64,000 bases of DNA from Oculatellaceae cyanobacterium bins.114 (GTDB lineage Bacteria > Cyanobacteriota > Cyanobacteriia > Elainellales > Elainellaceae), in contig JANRJA010000203.1 in assembly GCA_033764315.1 (NCBI GenBank), positions 54,385-118,384 of the forward strand. The letters are read 5' to 3'. Below are positions 19,833-31,454 of this stretch, one piece after another (within the stretch, counting starts at the first letter, position 1; each line of letters begins with the position of its first letter). The position numbers were made by a program, and so were the translations under genes. A model generated the notes under the pieces. The model did no database searches. It saw only the letters and a program-made list of their open reading frames with translations, and was not told the origin of the DNA.

Positions 19833-20792
19833 ATGGTTGCAAGTCTCCCTCGCACGATTCGGATTGGTTCCCGCAAAAGTCAGCTTGCTCTAGTTCAAAC
19901 CCATTGGGTGCAAGAGCAGTTGCAACAAGCGTTTCCCAACCGAGTCTTTGACGTTCATACCATGAGTACACATGGTGACAAGATTTTAGACGTGGCACTC
20001 GCTAAGATTGGTGATAAAGGGCTGTTTACCAAAGAGCTTGAAGTTGGCATGGTCAATGGAGATATTGATTTTGCGGTTCACTCTCTCAAAGATCTGCCAA
20101 CCCGATTGCCCGATGGCTTAGTCCTAGGCTGTGTTACTGAGCGCGAAAATCCGGCTGACGCACTGGTGGTTCATGCCAAACATCACGATAAACAGGTCGA
20201 TACCTTACCTGAAGGGGCGGTTATTGGTACTTCCTCGTTGCGGCGATTGGCTCAACTGCGGCACCACTATCCTCATTTGACATTCAAAGATGTTCGGGGA
20301 AACTTGAATACTCGCCTCCAAAAATTAGATTCTGGGGAATATGATGCCCTCATTTTGGCGGCGGCTGGGTTGCACCGTTTGGGCATGAGCGATCGCATTC
20401 ATCAGGTATTGCCACCCGATATATCACTTCATGCGGTTGGGCAAGGGGCATTGGGCATTGAATGTCGTGCTGATGATACTGAAGTTTTGACCTTATTAAA
20501 AGAACTAGAGCATCGGCCAACCGCCTTACGGTGTTATGCTGAGCGTTCTTTTTTGCGAGAGTTAGAGGGTGGCTGTCAGGTGCCGATTGGCGTCAACACT
20601 GAGTTAGAGGGAGATACGTTAACCCTGGTTGGCTTGGTTGCCAGTCTAGACGGACAACGGTTGATTAAAGATCGTGTGACGGGTTCAGCAGAGCAAGCCG
20701 AACAACTGGGGATTGACTTAGCTCATCGACTCAAGCAACAAGGGGCACAAGCCATTTTAGATGAGATTTTTGCCACGATTCAGCGGAGTTAA
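19833..20792 (+). CDS. hemC: Hydroxymethylbilane synthase (porphobilinogen deaminase)
   Basis: [34 protein letters not shown] and [10 protein letters not shown] motifs. Confidence 0.98.
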   Translation: MVASLPRTIRIGSRKSQLALVQTHWVQEQLQQAFPNRVFDVHTMSTHGDKILDVALAKIGDKGLFTKELEVGMVNGDIDFAVHSLKDLPTRLPDGLVLGCVTERENPADALVVHAKHHDKQVDTLPEGAVIGTSSLRRLAQLRHHYPHLTFKDVRGNLNTRLQKLDSGEYDALILAAAGLHRLGMSDRIHQVLPPDISLHAVGQGALGIECRADDTEVLTLLKELEHRPTALRCYAERSFLRELEGGCQVPIGVNTELEGDTLTLVGLVASLDGQRLIKDRVTGSAEQAEQLGIDLAHRLKQQGAQAILDEIFATIQRS

Positions 20793-21060
20793 TCACTCGG
20801 TTGGCGATCGCTCCTGATTACCTCATCATCGTTATAAAAGCGGGGTTTGCTCTCAATCAGCTTGAGGTCGCCCCGCTTTTTGCAGGCATTGCCCCTGATT
20901 TCTCTGAGTCGAGTTACGAAAAGGTTACAAAAAGTTGATAGGGTTTTAGATAGCTGAGCGATCAGCAGAGAGAGTGATCCCTCAGGGGCGGTTATCTCAT
21001 CCGAGGAAACGGCTTTGCATCGCCACAGCCAATACCACTGTTTTGGGGACTTAGACAGCA

Positions 21061-22485
21061 ATGCGAATTTTGTTTGTTGCAGCAGAAGCGGCTCCTGTGG
21101 CTAAAGTCGGAGGCATGGGAGATGTCGTCGGTGCGTTACCCAAAGTGTTGAGAAGGATGGGGCATGATGTCCGTATCTTCTTGCCCTATTACGGGTTTAT
21201 GCCCGATAAAGTTGAGATCCCCACTGAGCCCATTTGGTATGGCTCAGCCATGTTTCAAAGCTTCCAGGTTTATCAAACCACTCTCCCTGGCTCAGATGTG
21301 CCACTTTATCTGTTCAAGCATCCGTCGTTTAACCCTCGCCGCATTTATTCGGGTGAAGACGAAGACTGGCGATTTACACTATTTTCTAATGGAGCCGCTG
21401 AGTTTTGCTGGAACTATTGGAAGCCAGAAGTTGTGCACTGTCATGACTGGCATACGGGCATGATTCCAGTGTGGATGCATCAATCTCCTGATATCTCATC
21501 GGTATTTACTATTCACAACCTGGCCTATCAGGGACCCTGGCGTTGGAAATTAGAAAAAATGACTTGGTGTCCCTGGTATATGCAAGGGCATAACGTCATG
21601 GCCGCTGCCGTCCAGTTTGCTGACGTCGTGACCACCGTGTCACCCACCTATGCTCAACAAATTCAAACCGCAGAATACGGTGAAACGATTGAGGGTCTAT
21701 TATCCTTTATCAGTGGCAGATTGACGGGTATTCTCAATGGCATTGATACGGAGTTGTTTGATCCTGCTAAAGATAAGCAAATTGCTCAACCGTTTACGAT
21801 TGAGACAATCGACAAACGAGCTGCTAACAAAATTGCTCTGCAAGAAGAGGTGGGTTTAGAAGTTAACTCTAAAGCGTTTCTGTTGGGCATGGTGTCACGA
21901 TTAGTCGAGCAGAAGGGATTGGATTTGATCTTGCAAATCCTCGATCGCTTTATGTCCTACAGTGATGCTCAATTTGTCGTCTTAGGATCGGGCGATCGCT
22001 ACTATGAAACTCAACTGTGGCAACTCTCGTCTCGCTTTCCTGGCCGCATTGCCGCCTACTTTTTGCAAAGCGATGGACTAGCCCGCCGGATTTATGCCGG
22101 GTGTGATGCGTTTCTCATGCCTTCGCGCTTTGAGCCGTGTGGCATCAGTCAAATGCTATCTATGCGCTATGGCTGTGTGCCTATTGTGCGCCGGACTGGG
22201 GGTTTAGTCGATACAGTCAAACATCATGATCCTGCTGCAAAAGCGGGAACAGGTTATTGTTTCGATCGCTATGAACCGCTTGACCTTTATACCGGGATTG
22301 TCAGAGCGTGGGAAGGGTTTCACTACAAACCAGAGTGGCAGGCGTTACAACAACGGGGCATGTTGACTGACTTTGGTTGGGAAAACTCTGCTAGAGAATA
22401 TATCAAGGTTTATCGCCGGATTTTGGGATTGCCTGAAGAGGAGCCACAGGTGGTTGAGACTGCACCTGAGTTGGTGAGTTCGTGA
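21061..22485 (+). CDS. glgA: Glycogen synthase
   Basis: [24 protein letters not shown] and PSRFEPCG motifs. Confidence 0.97.
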   Translation: MRILFVAAEAAPVAKVGGMGDVVGALPKVLRRMGHDVRIFLPYYGFMPDKVEIPTEPIWYGSAMFQSFQVYQTTLPGSDVPLYLFKHPSFNPRRIYSGEDEDWRFTLFSNGAAEFCWNYWKPEVVHCHDWHTGMIPVWMHQSPDISSVFTIHNLAYQGPWRWKLEKMTWCPWYMQGHNVMAAAVQFADVVTTVSPTYAQQIQTAEYGETIEGLLSFISGRLTGILNGIDTELFDPAKDKQIAQPFTIETIDKRAANKIALQEEVGLEVNSKAFLLGMVSRLVEQKGLDLILQILDRFMSYSDAQFVVLGSGDRYYETQLWQLSSRFPGRIAAYFLQSDGLARRIYAGCDAFLMPSRFEPCGISQMLSMRYGCVPIVRRTGGLVDTVKHHDPAAKAGTGYCFDRYEPLDLYTGIVRAWEGFHYKPEWQALQQRGMLTDFGWENSAREYIKVYRRILGLPEEEPQVVETAPELVSS

Positions 22486-22543
22486 GTTCGTGATTTATCG
22501 AGGTCACTAGTCATGAGTCACTAGTCATGAGTCAGTTGTGAGA

Positions 22544-22612
22544 CTGATCCCCGGCTTCTGTTGGGAACCGACTTCAAGAGGTTTGATGTCATCACCAAAA
22601 GCCGGGGATCAG
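22544..22612. repeat. Inverted-repeat element (CTGATCCCCGGCTT / AAGCCGGGGATCAG)
   Basis: 14-bp perfect inverted repeat between convergent genes; related element at 38776-38843. Confidence 0.7.
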
Positions 22613-22639
22613 ACAGAGTTTCACCTGGGTCAACGACGA

Positions 22640-23011
22640 TCAGGTTTTTACCGTTAAAATGGTTAACCGATATGTGGTTTCCCCGGCTCCACGAGGGATC
22701 ACCTTGAGGTAATAGACTCCACGAGGGGCAATCCCTGTGGTGAATTCTGAGGCAGTCCCCGTTCGATTTAAGAGATTAACTCGGCGACGATTTTGATCAT
22801 AGATTTCAACATCCGCATTTGAGCGCAACCCCGTCAGGGCAATTGTGCCTGTGCAGCGTCGGGCCACGGTAAACCGATAAAAATCAGCCCGATCGTTCGT
22901 CCCTACTGAATCATCCACAATCACGCTGTTATCTCGAAACAAACCGAGATTGCGAGCATTGCCAAACGTGTTACCCGCCAGATCAGCCTGGGTCGTTTTA
23001 ATTCTTGCCAT
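22640..23011 (-). CDS. Stand-alone pre-peptidase C-terminal (PPC) domain protein
   Basis: AGNTFGNARNLG, DRADFYRF, NADVEIYD and GVYYLKV motifs. Confidence 0.75.
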   Translation of the reverse strand: MARIKTTQADLAGNTFGNARNLGLFRDNSVIVDDSVGTNDRADFYRFTVARRCTGTIALTGLRSNADVEIYDQNRRRVNLLNRTGTASEFTTGIAPRGVYYLKVIPRGAGETTYRLTILTVKT

Positions 23012-23219
23012 ACATGCAAAACCCTATAGACACAAGAATTGTGTCAGCTTAAGCCCTCATAGTCGGTGCTGACAACCCCGCTAATGGGGGAAGCGGGGAA
23101 TGGGAAAGAATGAAGCTGAATTATGGTCAGGACTTAAGTATCATCATGAACGGTTGATCCCTGACGATTCACGACTCAACACCCAGCACTCCTGCTACTG
23201 CTGTGTTTAAAATAAAGTC

Positions 23220-23936
23220 ATGACGGATTCTAATCATTACGACACGCTGGATATTCATTCGGCGGCGAGTCAGGCGGAGATCAAACAAGCCTATCGCCGT
23301 CTGGTCAAGCAACACCATCCCGATGTCAATCAGGATGGGGGCAATCACGATCGCATCGCCAGCATTAATGCAGCTTATGAGGTGTTGGGTGATCCTCAAC
23401 GGCGACACAGCTATGATCAGCATCTCAGCTATCAAACTCACGGTGGAATCGATATTGAGGCCATTCGGCGCGATCGCCAAGAACGCACAACCGCCGCCCA
23501 AAATCGTCATCGTCGTCGCCAAACCGGACATGACAGTGATGAGCAGTTGCAGTTATGGCTCAATCGGGTTTATCAACCTGTGAATCGGTTGCTCAACCAA
23601 ATCTTGAATCCTCTACAAGACCAGATTGACGACCTGGCGGCTGATCCCTTTGATGATGAACTGCTAGAGGAGTTTTTGTTGTATTTGGAGGAGTGCCGTG
23701 ATTTCCTGCAAAAAGCCCAATCCCTCTTTCGCTCTATTCCCAATCCTTCTAATGTGGCAGGGGTAGCGGCTCATCTCTATTACTGCCTCAATCAAGTCGG
23801 GGATGGCATCGACGAACTAGAGCGGTTTACCTCTAGTTACGATGAACACTATCTGCACACCGGACAGGAGCTATTTCGGATTGCCAAAGGATTGCGGCGA
23901 GAGGCACAAGCCGCACTGCGAGAGCTTCCGGTCTAA
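23220..23936 (+). CDS. DnaJ-domain protein
   Basis: HYDTL..EIKQAYRRLVKQHHPD J-domain with HPD motif. Confidence 0.92.
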   Translation: MTDSNHYDTLDIHSAASQAEIKQAYRRLVKQHHPDVNQDGGNHDRIASINAAYEVLGDPQRRHSYDQHLSYQTHGGIDIEAIRRDRQERTTAAQNRHRRRQTGHDSDEQLQLWLNRVYQPVNRLLNQILNPLQDQIDDLAADPFDDELLEEFLLYLEECRDFLQKAQSLFRSIPNPSNVAGVAAHLYYCLNQVGDGIDELERFTSSYDEHYLHTGQELFRIAKGLRREAQAALRELPV

Positions 23937-24124
23937 GCTTTGAACGAGGTATAGCCTTCGCGTCATGGCTCAACTACTACCTTAAGCAGCACCTCAAACT
24001 ATCTCGGATGACTCTTGTTTTTTGTAGCTCTATAGAATTTTTGCAGGCAGATAGCAAAAATCTAAGCAACAATGGAAGAAGTGCCTGAATAGGCACACAA
24101 GTTTTTTATCTTTTCTGTGCTGTT

Positions 24125-25486
24125 ATGCCTCTCCCCGTTGTCGCTATTATTGGTCGTCCAAATGTCGGTAAATCAACTCTTGTTAATCGCTTAGCGGGAG
24201 TGACAGAGGCGATCGTGCATGATGAACCGGGGGTGACGCGCGATCGCACCTATAAAGAAGCATTTTGGGGCGATCGCGACTTTTTGGTCGTAGACACAGG
24301 TGGTTTGGTGTTTGATGATGACACTGAGTTTTTGCCCCTGATTCGGCAACAAGCTATGGCGGCGTTAGCTGAAGCCAGTGTTGCCATCATGGTGGTGGAT
24401 GGGCAAGTTGGGCCCACCGGAGCAGATGAGACAATCGCTACTTGGTTGCGTCAGCAATCAGTGCCTGTGCTACTCGCTGTTAATAAATGTGAATCGGTAG
24501 AGCAAGGGTTGGTGCAAGCCGCCGAATTTTGGAGTTTGGGTTTAGGAGAACCTTATGCCGTCTCTGGAATTCATGGCAACGGCACAGGCGACCTCTTAGA
24601 TCAACTCGTCACTTATTTACCCTCTACAAATGCTTTAGAAGAGACTCATGAAATTCGGGTGGCTATCATTGGGCGACCCAATGTTGGCAAATCTAGCTTG
24701 CTCAATGCATTCGTAGGAGAAAATCGGGCGATCGTTAGCCCTATTTCAGGCACCACGCGAGATGCCATCGACACGGTAGTAGAGCGTCAGGGGCAACAAT
24801 ATCGCCTGATTGACACAGCTGGAATTCGCAAGAAAAAGCAAATTGAATATGGCACCGAGTTTTTTAGCATCAACCGCTCCTTTAAGGCGATTCGTCGGTC
24901 AGATGTCGTCTTATTTGTCATTGATGCTCTAGATGGTGTCACCGAGCAGGATCAAAAATTGGCTGGTCGCATTGCCGAAGAAGGTCGAGCTTGCGTCATT
25001 GTCGTCAACAAATGGGATGCGGTTGAAAAGGATTCTCATACGATCTATGAGTTTGACAAAGGCATACGCGATCGCCTCAATTTTATGGAGTGGGCAGAGA
25101 CAATTTATATCAGTGCCCTCACCGGACAGCGGGTTGAAAAGATCATCGAGTTGGTCAACACAGCAGCAGAACAACACAAACGTCGGGTCAGCACCTCTGT
25201 CATTAACGAAGTGTTAGAAGACGCTGCAAGATGGCATTCTCCCCCAACCACTCGCCAGGGGCGACAGGGCAAGATTTACTACGGCACTCAAGTTTCTAGC
25301 CAACCGCCTTCGATCGCTCTCTTTACCAACGAAGCCAAGTTATTTAACGACAACTACCGCCGCTATATTGAGCGACAGTTTCGCAAGAGTTTGGGTTTCA
25401 CGGGCACCCCCATGCGCTTGTTGTGGCGCAGCAAAAAACTGCGGGAGGTCGAACGCAATACTGCTAATCGGGCAACGAAGGTGTAA
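24125..25486 (+). CDS. der: Ribosome biogenesis GTPase Der (EngA)
   Basis: Two GRPNVGKS P-loops, DTGG/DTAG, NKCE/NKWD, KH-like C-terminus. Confidence 0.98.
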   Translation: MPLPVVAIIGRPNVGKSTLVNRLAGVTEAIVHDEPGVTRDRTYKEAFWGDRDFLVVDTGGLVFDDDTEFLPLIRQQAMAALAEASVAIMVVDGQVGPTGADETIATWLRQQSVPVLLAVNKCESVEQGLVQAAEFWSLGLGEPYAVSGIHGNGTGDLLDQLVTYLPSTNALEETHEIRVAIIGRPNVGKSSLLNAFVGENRAIVSPISGTTRDAIDTVVERQGQQYRLIDTAGIRKKKQIEYGTEFFSINRSFKAIRRSDVVLFVIDALDGVTEQDQKLAGRIAEEGRACVIVVNKWDAVEKDSHTIYEFDKGIRDRLNFMEWAETIYISALTGQRVEKIIELVNTAAEQHKRRVSTSVINEVLEDAARWHSPPTTRQGRQGKIYYGTQVSSQPPSIALFTNEAKLFNDNYRRYIERQFRKSLGFTGTPMRLLWRSKKLREVERNTANRATKV

Positions 25487-25646
25487 GGAGATAAAGGCTA
25501 AAGGATGAGGAGTAAAAGATGGAAAATAGAGCTGTGTTATTGTTTATGGGCTGTATTGATCTCTGCTTTTAGCCTTTATCTTTCATCTTCAGGTTTAGTT
25601 CCGCTTCTTAGCCTTTATCCTTCATTGTTCATCCTTCTTTTGACTC

Positions 25647-26642
25647 ATGGATCTGCTGCGATCGCTCCCCATTGGGCTTTACCTAGAACAACCCATCAGT
25701 TGGTTGCATCGGCTTGATCCTCGTGTCAAGTTAGCTTGGCTCTTAACGTTTTTGCTCACTCCCATCGCAGCAAGTTCTTATTGGCGATTGTCGTTAGTGG
25801 GTTGGCTGTTGTTGTTGACCCTCACCACCCTGATTCCGTTTCGAGTTTGGCGTAACCAAATGGGGTTGGTGCTGATTTTTAGTTTTCTGCTCTTTTTTGC
25901 CACGTTACTGGCTCCAGACGGGTTGAATGTCGATTATCAACCTCGGCTACCTGTTGAAGAACTGTCGTTTGCCTTCCCTGAATCAACATCCGCAACGACA
26001 TCAGGAGCACCACAACGCACTTCTTCTGATGGGGCGATCGCCCCTGAACCAACAGTCAGCCCGGCGGCGACTGGAGTGGCAAGCATTCTAGAACGGTTTG
26101 ACTCCTATCAATATGTTTTATTTCAACAAGGGTTTCTCCGCATTACCCGTCGTTCAGTTGAACTAGCCATTCGGATCAGCACACTGTTGTTTACATTGAT
26201 CTACAGCACTAATCTCTATCTATTAACAACAGCCCCAGAGGAAATCACTGCTGGACTGGATATCCTGCTACAACCTTTGCGCCGCTTTAAAATCCCAGTG
26301 ACTGAAATCGTTTTAACCCTGACGTTGTCTCTGCGGTTCATTCCCTTGGTATTGGAGGAAGTCCAAAATCTAGTACGGTCTGTGCGAACCCGCGCTATCA
26401 ACTGGAAAAAATTGGGGCTGAGAGGCAGCACTCAGGTTTGGCTGATGATTGCAGAACGACTTTTAGACAACCTGCTCGTCAGGGCTGAGCAAATTGCCAG
26501 TGCCATGCAAGTGCGTGGTTTTACCACACCCAACCAACACCAGGTCAAGTGGCATGTGTTTCGATTATCGAAGGCAGATTGGCTAGCACTGCTGGGCTTA
26601 TCGCTCTTTTGGGTAGCCCGGATCAGTTGGGGCGGACGATAA
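25647..26642 (+). CDS. ECF transporter T component (CbiQ/EcfT family)
   Basis: LHRLDPRVKL, SLRFIPLVLEE and AMQVRGF motifs. Confidence 0.9.
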   Translation: MDLLRSLPIGLYLEQPISWLHRLDPRVKLAWLLTFLLTPIAASSYWRLSLVGWLLLLTLTTLIPFRVWRNQMGLVLIFSFLLFFATLLAPDGLNVDYQPRLPVEELSFAFPESTSATTSGAPQRTSSDGAIAPEPTVSPAATGVASILERFDSYQYVLFQQGFLRITRRSVELAIRISTLLFTLIYSTNLYLLTTAPEEITAGLDILLQPLRRFKIPVTEIVLTLTLSLRFIPLVLEEVQNLVRSVRTRAINWKKLGLRGSTQVWLMIAERLLDNLLVRAEQIASAMQVRGFTTPNQHQVKWHVFRLSKADWLALLGLSLFWVARISWGGR

Positions 26643-27113
26643 GAAAATCGCTAGAAAATTAAGAGTTTTGCAGTCTGTCAATCCTCCGGAGGGATGACCA
26701 AGAGAGACAAACTTGAGAATTTGGTAGCGTAGTGACACAATTTCTCATACAGTATTGAGATACGTGTGCAACAAAATATCTTTAAAATTTTTTGAAGAAA
26801 AATTATTGCCTATCGTTGACTGTTTTCGGTAGCACTACCCCCTTAGGGAGACGGCTTCACACCGCTCTAAGTCTGCAACTAACCCCCAGTTTTGCAACTT
26901 GGAGTCGTAAGCAACGGCATCAAAGCTATCGTCACACGTTGAGTGCCCCCTGCTCTACCAAGCGAATCTAAGCGTCTCAGGTCTCTAGCAACGACCTCAT
27001 ACCGTTCCTGAATGCTGCCCACTTTAAAAACTCATCTTCAACCCTCTGCGTAGGAAAGCTCTATGTCTCCCGTTCCTTCACTGGCACAGCAGTCTTTGGC
27101 ACAATCTAAATCA

Positions 27114-27383
27114 ATGAGCACGGAAACCTATCTCAACCACCCTACATTTGGTTTGTTGTATAGGGTTTGTATTGTCGAAGAGTCTCAAGAATTATTTGCT
27201 ACGCTGTATGCCCAACGGTTATTTTTTCTAGTCACCAATACCCCAGAAGGCTTTCAATTTGACCCTGTCAGCCGAACGGATGCACGGTTGTTATTAGAAA
27301 ATCGCATCCGCAATTTACGCCGTCAGGGGTTAGGCAAAGAATATGAACAGTTGCAAAAGGTGCATCGTCAAACCTTTCAGTAA
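27114..27383 (+). CDS. pipX: PII-interacting protein PipX (NtcA coactivator)
   Basis: ETYLNHPTFGLLY and LFATLYAQRLFFLV; directly upstream of pipY; alternative start at 27063. Confidence 0.95.
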   Translation: MSTETYLNHPTFGLLYRVCIVEESQELFATLYAQRLFFLVTNTPEGFQFDPVSRTDARLLLENRIRNLRRQGLGKEYEQLQKVHRQTFQ

Positions 27384-27508
27384 TCAACAGGGGGTTGAGA
27401 TTTCGGGCTAAACCTGCCTACACTAAAAGCTTGAACCTGCTTAAAACCACATGAATAATGGTGCTGGCAGGGGTCATAGCCCACAGTTACTCTCAATCGC
27501 TAAACTCA

Positions 27509-28192
27509 ATGATCGTGCCTGAGCTTAAGGAAACCATTGGCGATCGCCTCAGTCAGATTCGTCAAACTGTTCCTGATTCCATTCGCTTAATCGCTGTTAG
27601 CAAGCAAGTCTCGATTGATGCAATGCGAGTGGCCTATGAAGCAGGAGTGCGAGATTTTGCTGAGAGCCGCATTCAAGAGGCAACGGTTAAACAAGCCGCA
27701 CTACAAGATTTGCCTGACATTACCTGGCATTTTATCGGACATCTGCAAAGTAACAAAGCGGCAAAGGCGATCGCCCAGTTCCAATGGATCCACTCTGTTG
27801 ACAATTTAAAGCTGGCTCAACGACTCGACCGACTAGCGGTTGAACTCCATCAATCTCCTAATCTTTGCCTGCAAGTTAAAATCGTGCCCGATGACTCTAA
27901 GTCCGGCTGGGCTGTTTCTGAGTTGTTGGCTGATTTGCCTGCGCTCGATCAATGCCAACACCTCAAAATTGTCGGGTTGATGACTATTCCCCCTTATGGG
28001 TTAACCCCCTCAGAAACCCGCTCAATTTTTCAGCAAACCCATGATCTAGCCACCCAAATTCAGCAACAAAGCTGGTCAACTCTATCAATTCACCAGCTTT
28101 CGATGGGGATGTCAGATGATTATCCATTAGCGATCCAAGCGGGAACAACCATGATTCGCCTAGGGCGGATCTTGTTTGGTAAACGCCAGTAA
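27509..28192 (+). CDS. pipY: PLP-binding protein PipY (YggS/COG0325)
   Basis: LIAVSK, WHFIGHLQSNK, LSMGMSDD and IRLGRILFG motifs; start 27509 or 27458. Confidence 0.95.
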   Translation: MIVPELKETIGDRLSQIRQTVPDSIRLIAVSKQVSIDAMRVAYEAGVRDFAESRIQEATVKQAALQDLPDITWHFIGHLQSNKAAKAIAQFQWIHSVDNLKLAQRLDRLAVELHQSPNLCLQVKIVPDDSKSGWAVSELLADLPALDQCQHLKIVGLMTIPPYGLTPSETRSIFQQTHDLATQIQQQSWSTLSIHQLSMGMSDDYPLAIQAGTTMIRLGRILFGKRQ

Positions 28193-28868
28193 TTGATCAG
28201 AAACCGAGAGCCAGAGCGATCGCGATCAATTGCTGTTTAAAAAATTAGTGGGTGTCAGCGATCGTTTACAAGGATTGAAAAAGAAGCAAAGAGTTTTGCC
28301 AACTGTTTAAAGATGTCAGGTTGTACCCTACAACGCCCCATTTTCTGGCTCTTCGCCCCTACTAGAAATAGAGATTTTAGGCTGGATCGATCACGCTTCC
28401 GTTGAAAGCTCCTTAACCGATCATTGGCCGATCAGTTGTGAGTCAATCTTGGGCGATCGCCCTATCCTTCTCAACATCATGATTGCTTGATCAAAGCTAC
28501 TGAAAAAATGAGTTTTATCAGGTAATGTAGAGTGAATGAATTGAGAATCTGTTTAATAAAGAGCAATACTCAATCACATTCGCAGGAAAAAGATCGATTT
28601 CAGGGAGAATATGGTGGTCAATTTATAAAATTGATGTATACTGTTGACTCAAACTAGACGCATCTTCAGAGGGTGTTCACGAATCGACGTCTTGGGCTTA
28701 AATTAGGACTTATAAACATTATCTTTTTGTTAAGTCCCGTTTGACTGCCTAAGTCAACAGGAAAGTTTTAACAAACCTGAATTCGGTCTACCTTGAGCGT
28801 TTAAACTGCGTGGAGACTCAATTCCTAGCTAATTAGCTAATCTACCTAGTGATGATGGAGCGTGAACA

Positions 28869-29465
28869 GTGAACAATATTTTCAGCAAGTTGCGAGATTT
28901 TGTAGGGTTGAATGACCCATCAGAATATGAATATGAGTATGAAGAGATGGACGGGCAAGAATATCAAAACCTCTATCAAGAAGAGAATATTCAGCCCGCT
29001 CAAGAAGAAGAACCTCGTCGCCGCCGCATGCGCGAACGAGTCCTCTCAGCCGAACCAGGAGTTACAGCTATGAACAGTGGTATGAGCAATGTCATCGGTA
29101 TGCCTGGTGCAATTAATGGCATGTCTGAGGTGGTTGTGATGGAACCTCGCACGTTTGAAGAAATGCCTCAAGCGATTCGAGCATTGCGCGAACGTAAGTC
29201 GGTTGTTTTAAATCTCACCATCATGGATCCCGATCAAGCACAGCGTGCAGTTGACTTTGTTGCAGGTGGCACCTACGCGATCGACGGTCATCAAGAAAGA
29301 ATTGGGGAAAGCATCTTCCTGTTTACGCCTAACTGTGTTCAAGTCAGCACTCAATTAGGTGCAATGGGCGAAGTGCCGATGCAACAACAGCCTCCGGCAG
29401 CGCGTCCTTCCCGTCCAATGGCTCCTACCCCCGCGTGGACTGGTGACCAAGCTCGGATGGCTTAA
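28869..29465 (+). CDS. sepF: Cell division protein SepF (Cdv2)
   Basis: [12 protein letters not shown] and [26 protein letters not shown] start. Confidence 0.96.
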   Translation: MNNIFSKLRDFVGLNDPSEYEYEYEEMDGQEYQNLYQEENIQPAQEEEPRRRRMRERVLSAEPGVTAMNSGMSNVIGMPGAINGMSEVVVMEPRTFEEMPQAIRALRERKSVVLNLTIMDPDQAQRAVDFVAGGTYAIDGHQERIGESIFLFTPNCVQVSTQLGAMGEVPMQQQPPAARPSRPMAPTPAWTGDQARMA

Positions 29466-29684
29466 GTAGTTAGTCCTTTTGATCACTCTAACGTTCCAAT
29501 TGACGATTCATGAGTCTCGTTCCCTGTTGATTTATCGTCTTAGCAGGTTTGACTGCTTTAAGCTTTGTTTGCCGCATTGCGATAAATCAGGTTTTTTGGC
29601 TAGATAGTGTTCGGATCGTATTAGTTCAGGCTGCACATTAGTTCAGGCTGCATTGTAATGTTTCCTTAGGAGCTGGCAATTCTG

Positions 29685-30485
29685 TTGTCAACAAAATTTG
29701 GTGTAATTGGTGGCGGGGTAATGGGGGAAGCTCTCTTATCCCGTCTCGTCGTGCAACAAATTTATGCACCTCGTGAGGTGCTGGTGAGTGACCCCCAACC
29801 CCAGCGTCGAGACTGGCTGACGCAGCAATATGGGGTGCAAGTGACGGATGATAATCAGGTTATTTTATCAACCGCAGACGTTGTGCTTTTGGCTATTAAG
29901 CCACAAGTGTTTGAGGCCGTTGTCTCTGGTTTAACCCGCTCTCGCACCGATCAATTGGTGGTCTCCATTTTGGCAGGGGTGCCGTTGAGCAAATTAGAGG
30001 CCGCGTTTCCAGGGCAACCTGTGATTCGAGCAATGCCAAATACTCCCGCTACGGTGGGGGCTGGCATGACGGCGATCGCCCCAGGGCAACACGCTACATC
30101 AGACCACCTAAAAACGGCTGAGACCCTCTTTCAAGCGGTTGGTGAGGTGGTACAAGTTCCCGAATCTTTGATGGATGCGGTGACAGGGTTATCTGGCTCA
30201 GGACCGGGCTATGTCGCTATTTTGATTGAGGCACTGGCGGATGGAGGAGTAGCCGCAGGACTCCCTAGAGCGATCGCTCTACAACTTGCGATTCAAACGG
30301 TGCGGGGCACTGCCGAACTAGTGCAGCAGTCCAATTTGCATCCGGCAGTTCTCAAAGATCAAGTCACCAGTCCAGGGGGCACCACGATCGCAGGTATCGC
30401 CCAACTGGAAGAACATGGGTTTCGGGCAGCCCTAATTGCGGCTGTGCGAGCCGCTGCTCAACGCTCAGAAGAGCTTGGGAATTAA
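29685..30485 (+). CDS. proC: Pyrroline-5-carboxylate reductase
   Basis: IGGGVMG, RAMPNTP, TGLSGSGP and VTSPGGTT motifs. Confidence 0.97.
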   Translation: MSTKFGVIGGGVMGEALLSRLVVQQIYAPREVLVSDPQPQRRDWLTQQYGVQVTDDNQVILSTADVVLLAIKPQVFEAVVSGLTRSRTDQLVVSILAGVPLSKLEAAFPGQPVIRAMPNTPATVGAGMTAIAPGQHATSDHLKTAETLFQAVGEVVQVPESLMDAVTGLSGSGPGYVAILIEALADGGVAAGLPRAIALQLAIQTVRGTAELVQQSNLHPAVLKDQVTSPGGTTIAGIAQLEEHGFRAALIAAVRAAAQRSEELGN

Positions 30486-30908
30486 TTTAATGGGCTAACT
30501 ATAATATCGGCTGGCTGTATTAAGAGTATAAGACAGCCATAACCACGGTCATAGTTCAGGTCATAGTTAAACTACAGCGGTCAGCTCTCATCCCGTTAGG
30601 CATTTAATGCAGATGAGGCATAGGGGTAGAACCTCTAGTAGGCAAATCTAGTAAGGGGCAAAACTTTACGCTCGATGCTTTATCTTATTGAGTAGCTATG
30701 TCGCAATACGAGTTTAAGCTAGGACGGGTTGCAGGAGCTTCATCATAAGCTCAGCCGAACATAAGCTCAGCCGAACGGTGGAAACCCTGTGCAGGGACTT
30801 CGCCTCCGCAACCTCTATCCAACGCTGATGCGTAGGGCTATATCAGCAGTTTACTGATCGCCAGTACTTCATTTCACCTGAAACGAGCCAACGCAATTGG
30901 AGAAGGAG

Positions 30909-31205
30909 ATGGATGTACCTCAGTTGTTGGTGCAAGTTGTAATCGCCATAATCTGTGCCGGAATCGCGAATGTTTTGATCCCACGTCGGGTTCCGGGTGG
31001 CTTGACTGGATTAATTGTTATTGGGTTAGCAGGGGTCTGGTTTGGGCAATGGTCCTATTGGCTAGTACGAAACCAATACAAACTAGACCATGCGGTTTTG
31101 CATTGGAATGTTGAAGGAGTCTTAATTGTGCCTGCGATCGTCGGCTCGGTCATTATTCTCTACCTCGTGACCTGGTTTCTCTCATGGGGCAAATATGGAG
31201 AGTAA
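30909..31205 (+). CDS. GlsB/YeaQ/YmgE-like small membrane protein
   Basis: Three hydrophobic segments, IPRRVPGG, IVPAIVGSVIIL; AAGGAG RBS. Confidence 0.7.
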   Translation: MDVPQLLVQVVIAIICAGIANVLIPRRVPGGLTGLIVIGLAGVWFGQWSYWLVRNQYKLDHAVLHWNVEGVLIVPAIVGSVIILYLVTWFLSWGKYGE

Positions 31206-31279
31206 TTGGGAGTAGGGAATAGAAGTCAAGCCGTGAACCACACCGCTTGACCCGTGGCAAATGACTCATCACTAGTAAG

Positions 31280-31446
31280 TAACATCAGTTCGGTTTAAGA
31301 GCCTAGCGAATAAATTCGCAGCTATCAGAGCGAAGTTCGCCTTCGCGAACTACAGACAATCAAGGGTTGAGTGAACCGACGCAGGTCGGTTTTACTCCTG
31401 TAGTTGCGGTTTCAACCGCCAAAATTCTTATCCCGAATTCACGTTA
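31280..31446. mobile_element. MITE-like element, family B (copy 1)
   Basis: TIR TAACATCAGTTCGG / CCGAATTCACGTTA; colinear with 42125-42293. Confidence 0.8.
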
Positions 31447-31454
31447 AGTACCGA

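Noticed and set aside
24125..30485. der-ecfT-pipX-pipY-sepF-proC cluster as a novel system
   Set aside because: The pipX-pipY-sepF-proC gene order is known and conserved in cyanobacteria.
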